DNA from: Gammaproteobacteria bacterium
Lineage (GTDB): Bacteria; Pseudomonadota; Gammaproteobacteria; Eutrophobiales; Eutrophobiaceae
Assembly: GCA_965243205.1 (NCBI GenBank)
Contig: CBDEUK010000002.1
Span: 1,856,001 to 1,920,000, forward strand
Direction: 5' to 3'
DNA: 64,000 bases
Shown here: one piece after another, positions 62,925-64,000 of the stretch
How positions within the stretch are numbered: position 1 is the first letter of the stretch
Layout: the number at the start of each line of letters is the position of its first letter
Notes under the pieces: model-generated
What the model was told of the DNA's origin: nothing
The model's database searches: none
What the model saw: only the letters and a program-made list of their open reading frames with translations
Position numbers and translations under genes: made by a program

Positions 62925-64000
62925 TTATTGATATAAAATACCTGAAAGTACTGTTGGTATGCCATCTTTAATCGTAGCCCATTTTAATTTTCGATCTATG
63001 GTTTTGTCTGTTTTGAGTTTTAAAGTACCTGTTGCACCATTTAAATAATAATCAGGGTTTAACATTAATTCTTTAAATTGATTGATGATCATATAACTGT
63101 CATAACCTAATGCGAATAAACGATGGGTTGTAGTAGAGGCGCTTCTCCAATGGCGTTCAAATATAGCTTTACTAGGAGCATATGAATCTTCTGAGCCTAG
63201 CAACCATGGAATATCAGTAAATAGTATTTTTTTCATATCGACATAGTCTTCAGGATCAGATGTAAATATATGAATATTAGACGTTGCATAGATTGGGATA
63301 TTTTTCGCACGTTGAAAATAGATATGTGGCAGGATTAATTTAGCGTGAGGGTGAATAGCGCCCAAGAAAATCATATCAGCATCTTGTCGCGAACGTGTTT
63401 CACTTTCAATATTGAGTCGCAATGTATCTCTTAACTTAATAGCACGCTGACGACTAATATCCGTATTGAGTAGAGATTTAACAGCACTGTCATAATCTTT
63501 CTCGTTCGGGTCATAATTTGAATTTTCTAAAACAGTTCCTCCCAACTCTTCAAACTTTGATTGAAATGACTGACTGAGTCGACGTCCCCAATTACTATTA
63601 GGCGTAATAATTAACGCTGTTTTATAACCTTGTAATTGAGCTTGTTCTGCAATTTGTTTTGCTTCTTGTTCAGGGGATAAGCCAAATTGATATAGCAAAG
63701 GGTTCGTTTGTGAAATGTCATCTTGCTCTACATAATTGAGTAACAAAGTGGTTGTCGTAACTAGTTCAGGTGACTGGGCAAGAATGGTTACATTTTCTTT
63801 TTGTAAAGGTCCAACAACTACATTGGCACCTTCACTCAAAGCAGTTTGATAAACCTGGCGAATATCTTTAGACGATGTATCGTAAACTTTTATTTCAGGT
63901 TTCTCTGATGAGATATTAAGCCAAGATGAGATAAAGCCATCTCGGATAGCTTCAGAGGCTTTTTGAAATTTTCCTGATAACGGTAGTAGTAATGCAATTT
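62925..64000 (-). CDS. lpoA: PBP activator LpoA/LppC, C-terminal part (5' end outside the window)
   Basis: Frame open to the window edge: IALLLPLSG...IRDGF...VVGPLQK...FGLSPEQEA...RLFALGYD...GATG. Confidence 0.9.
   Translation of the reverse strand, partial: IALLLPLSGKFQKASEAIRDGFISSWLNISSEKPEIKVYDTSSKDIRQVYQTALSEGANVVVGPLQKENVTILAQSPELVTTTTLLLNYVEQDDISQTNPLLYQFGLSPEQEAKQIAEQAQLQGYKTALIITPNSNWGRRLSQSFQSKFEELGGTVLENSNYDPNEKDYDSAVKSLLNTDISRQRAIKLRDTLRLNIESETRSRQDADMIFLGAIHPHAKLILPHIYFQRAKNIPIYATSNIHIFTSDPEDYVDMKKILFTDIPWLLGSEDSYAPSKAIFERHWRSASTTTHRLFALGYDSYMIINQFKELMLNPDYYLNGATGTLKLKTDKTIDRKLKWATIKDGIPTVLSGILYQ

Overview
AT-rich gammaproteobacterial chromosomal window made up mostly of housekeeping, envelope and respiration genes: mscL, mscS-family, pmbA, uvrD, TRAP SBP, cyt c5, purK-purE, GGDEF-dsbA-cyt c4-engB, M48 protease, rpmE, xthA, prlC, lemA+GIDE/EF-hand, bfr/bfd/Fe(III) ABC, gcvH-tpx-dgkA, glk, endA, queG, PIN-PhoH, gcvR, dapA-bamC, tgt-yajC-secDF, pdxB, purN, MMPL-RND + mlaC + bolA-murA-hisGDC, degS, petABC-sspAB, dolP-diaA-yraN-lpoA. 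I found no transposase, integrase, prophage, CRISPR array, tRNA or rRNA. The most interesting signals are: (1) the 500-bp gap after engB, which holds a candidate sigmaE-driven three-hairpin sRNA with C-rich loops at the Spot42/ErsA position and, separately, a DARS-like DnaA-box trio flanked by IHF sites; (2) an MmpL-type RND transporter sitting where mlaFED normally precede mlaC-ibaG-murA, with mlaB also missing; (3) an unannotated 46-aa membrane microprotein behind a 3x20-bp direct-repeat operator; (4) a rearranged bfr/bfd locus with mirror-image Fur boxes; (5) a large secreted protein missed by the ORF track at the left edge. All calls come from reading motifs by eye; no database searches were run.
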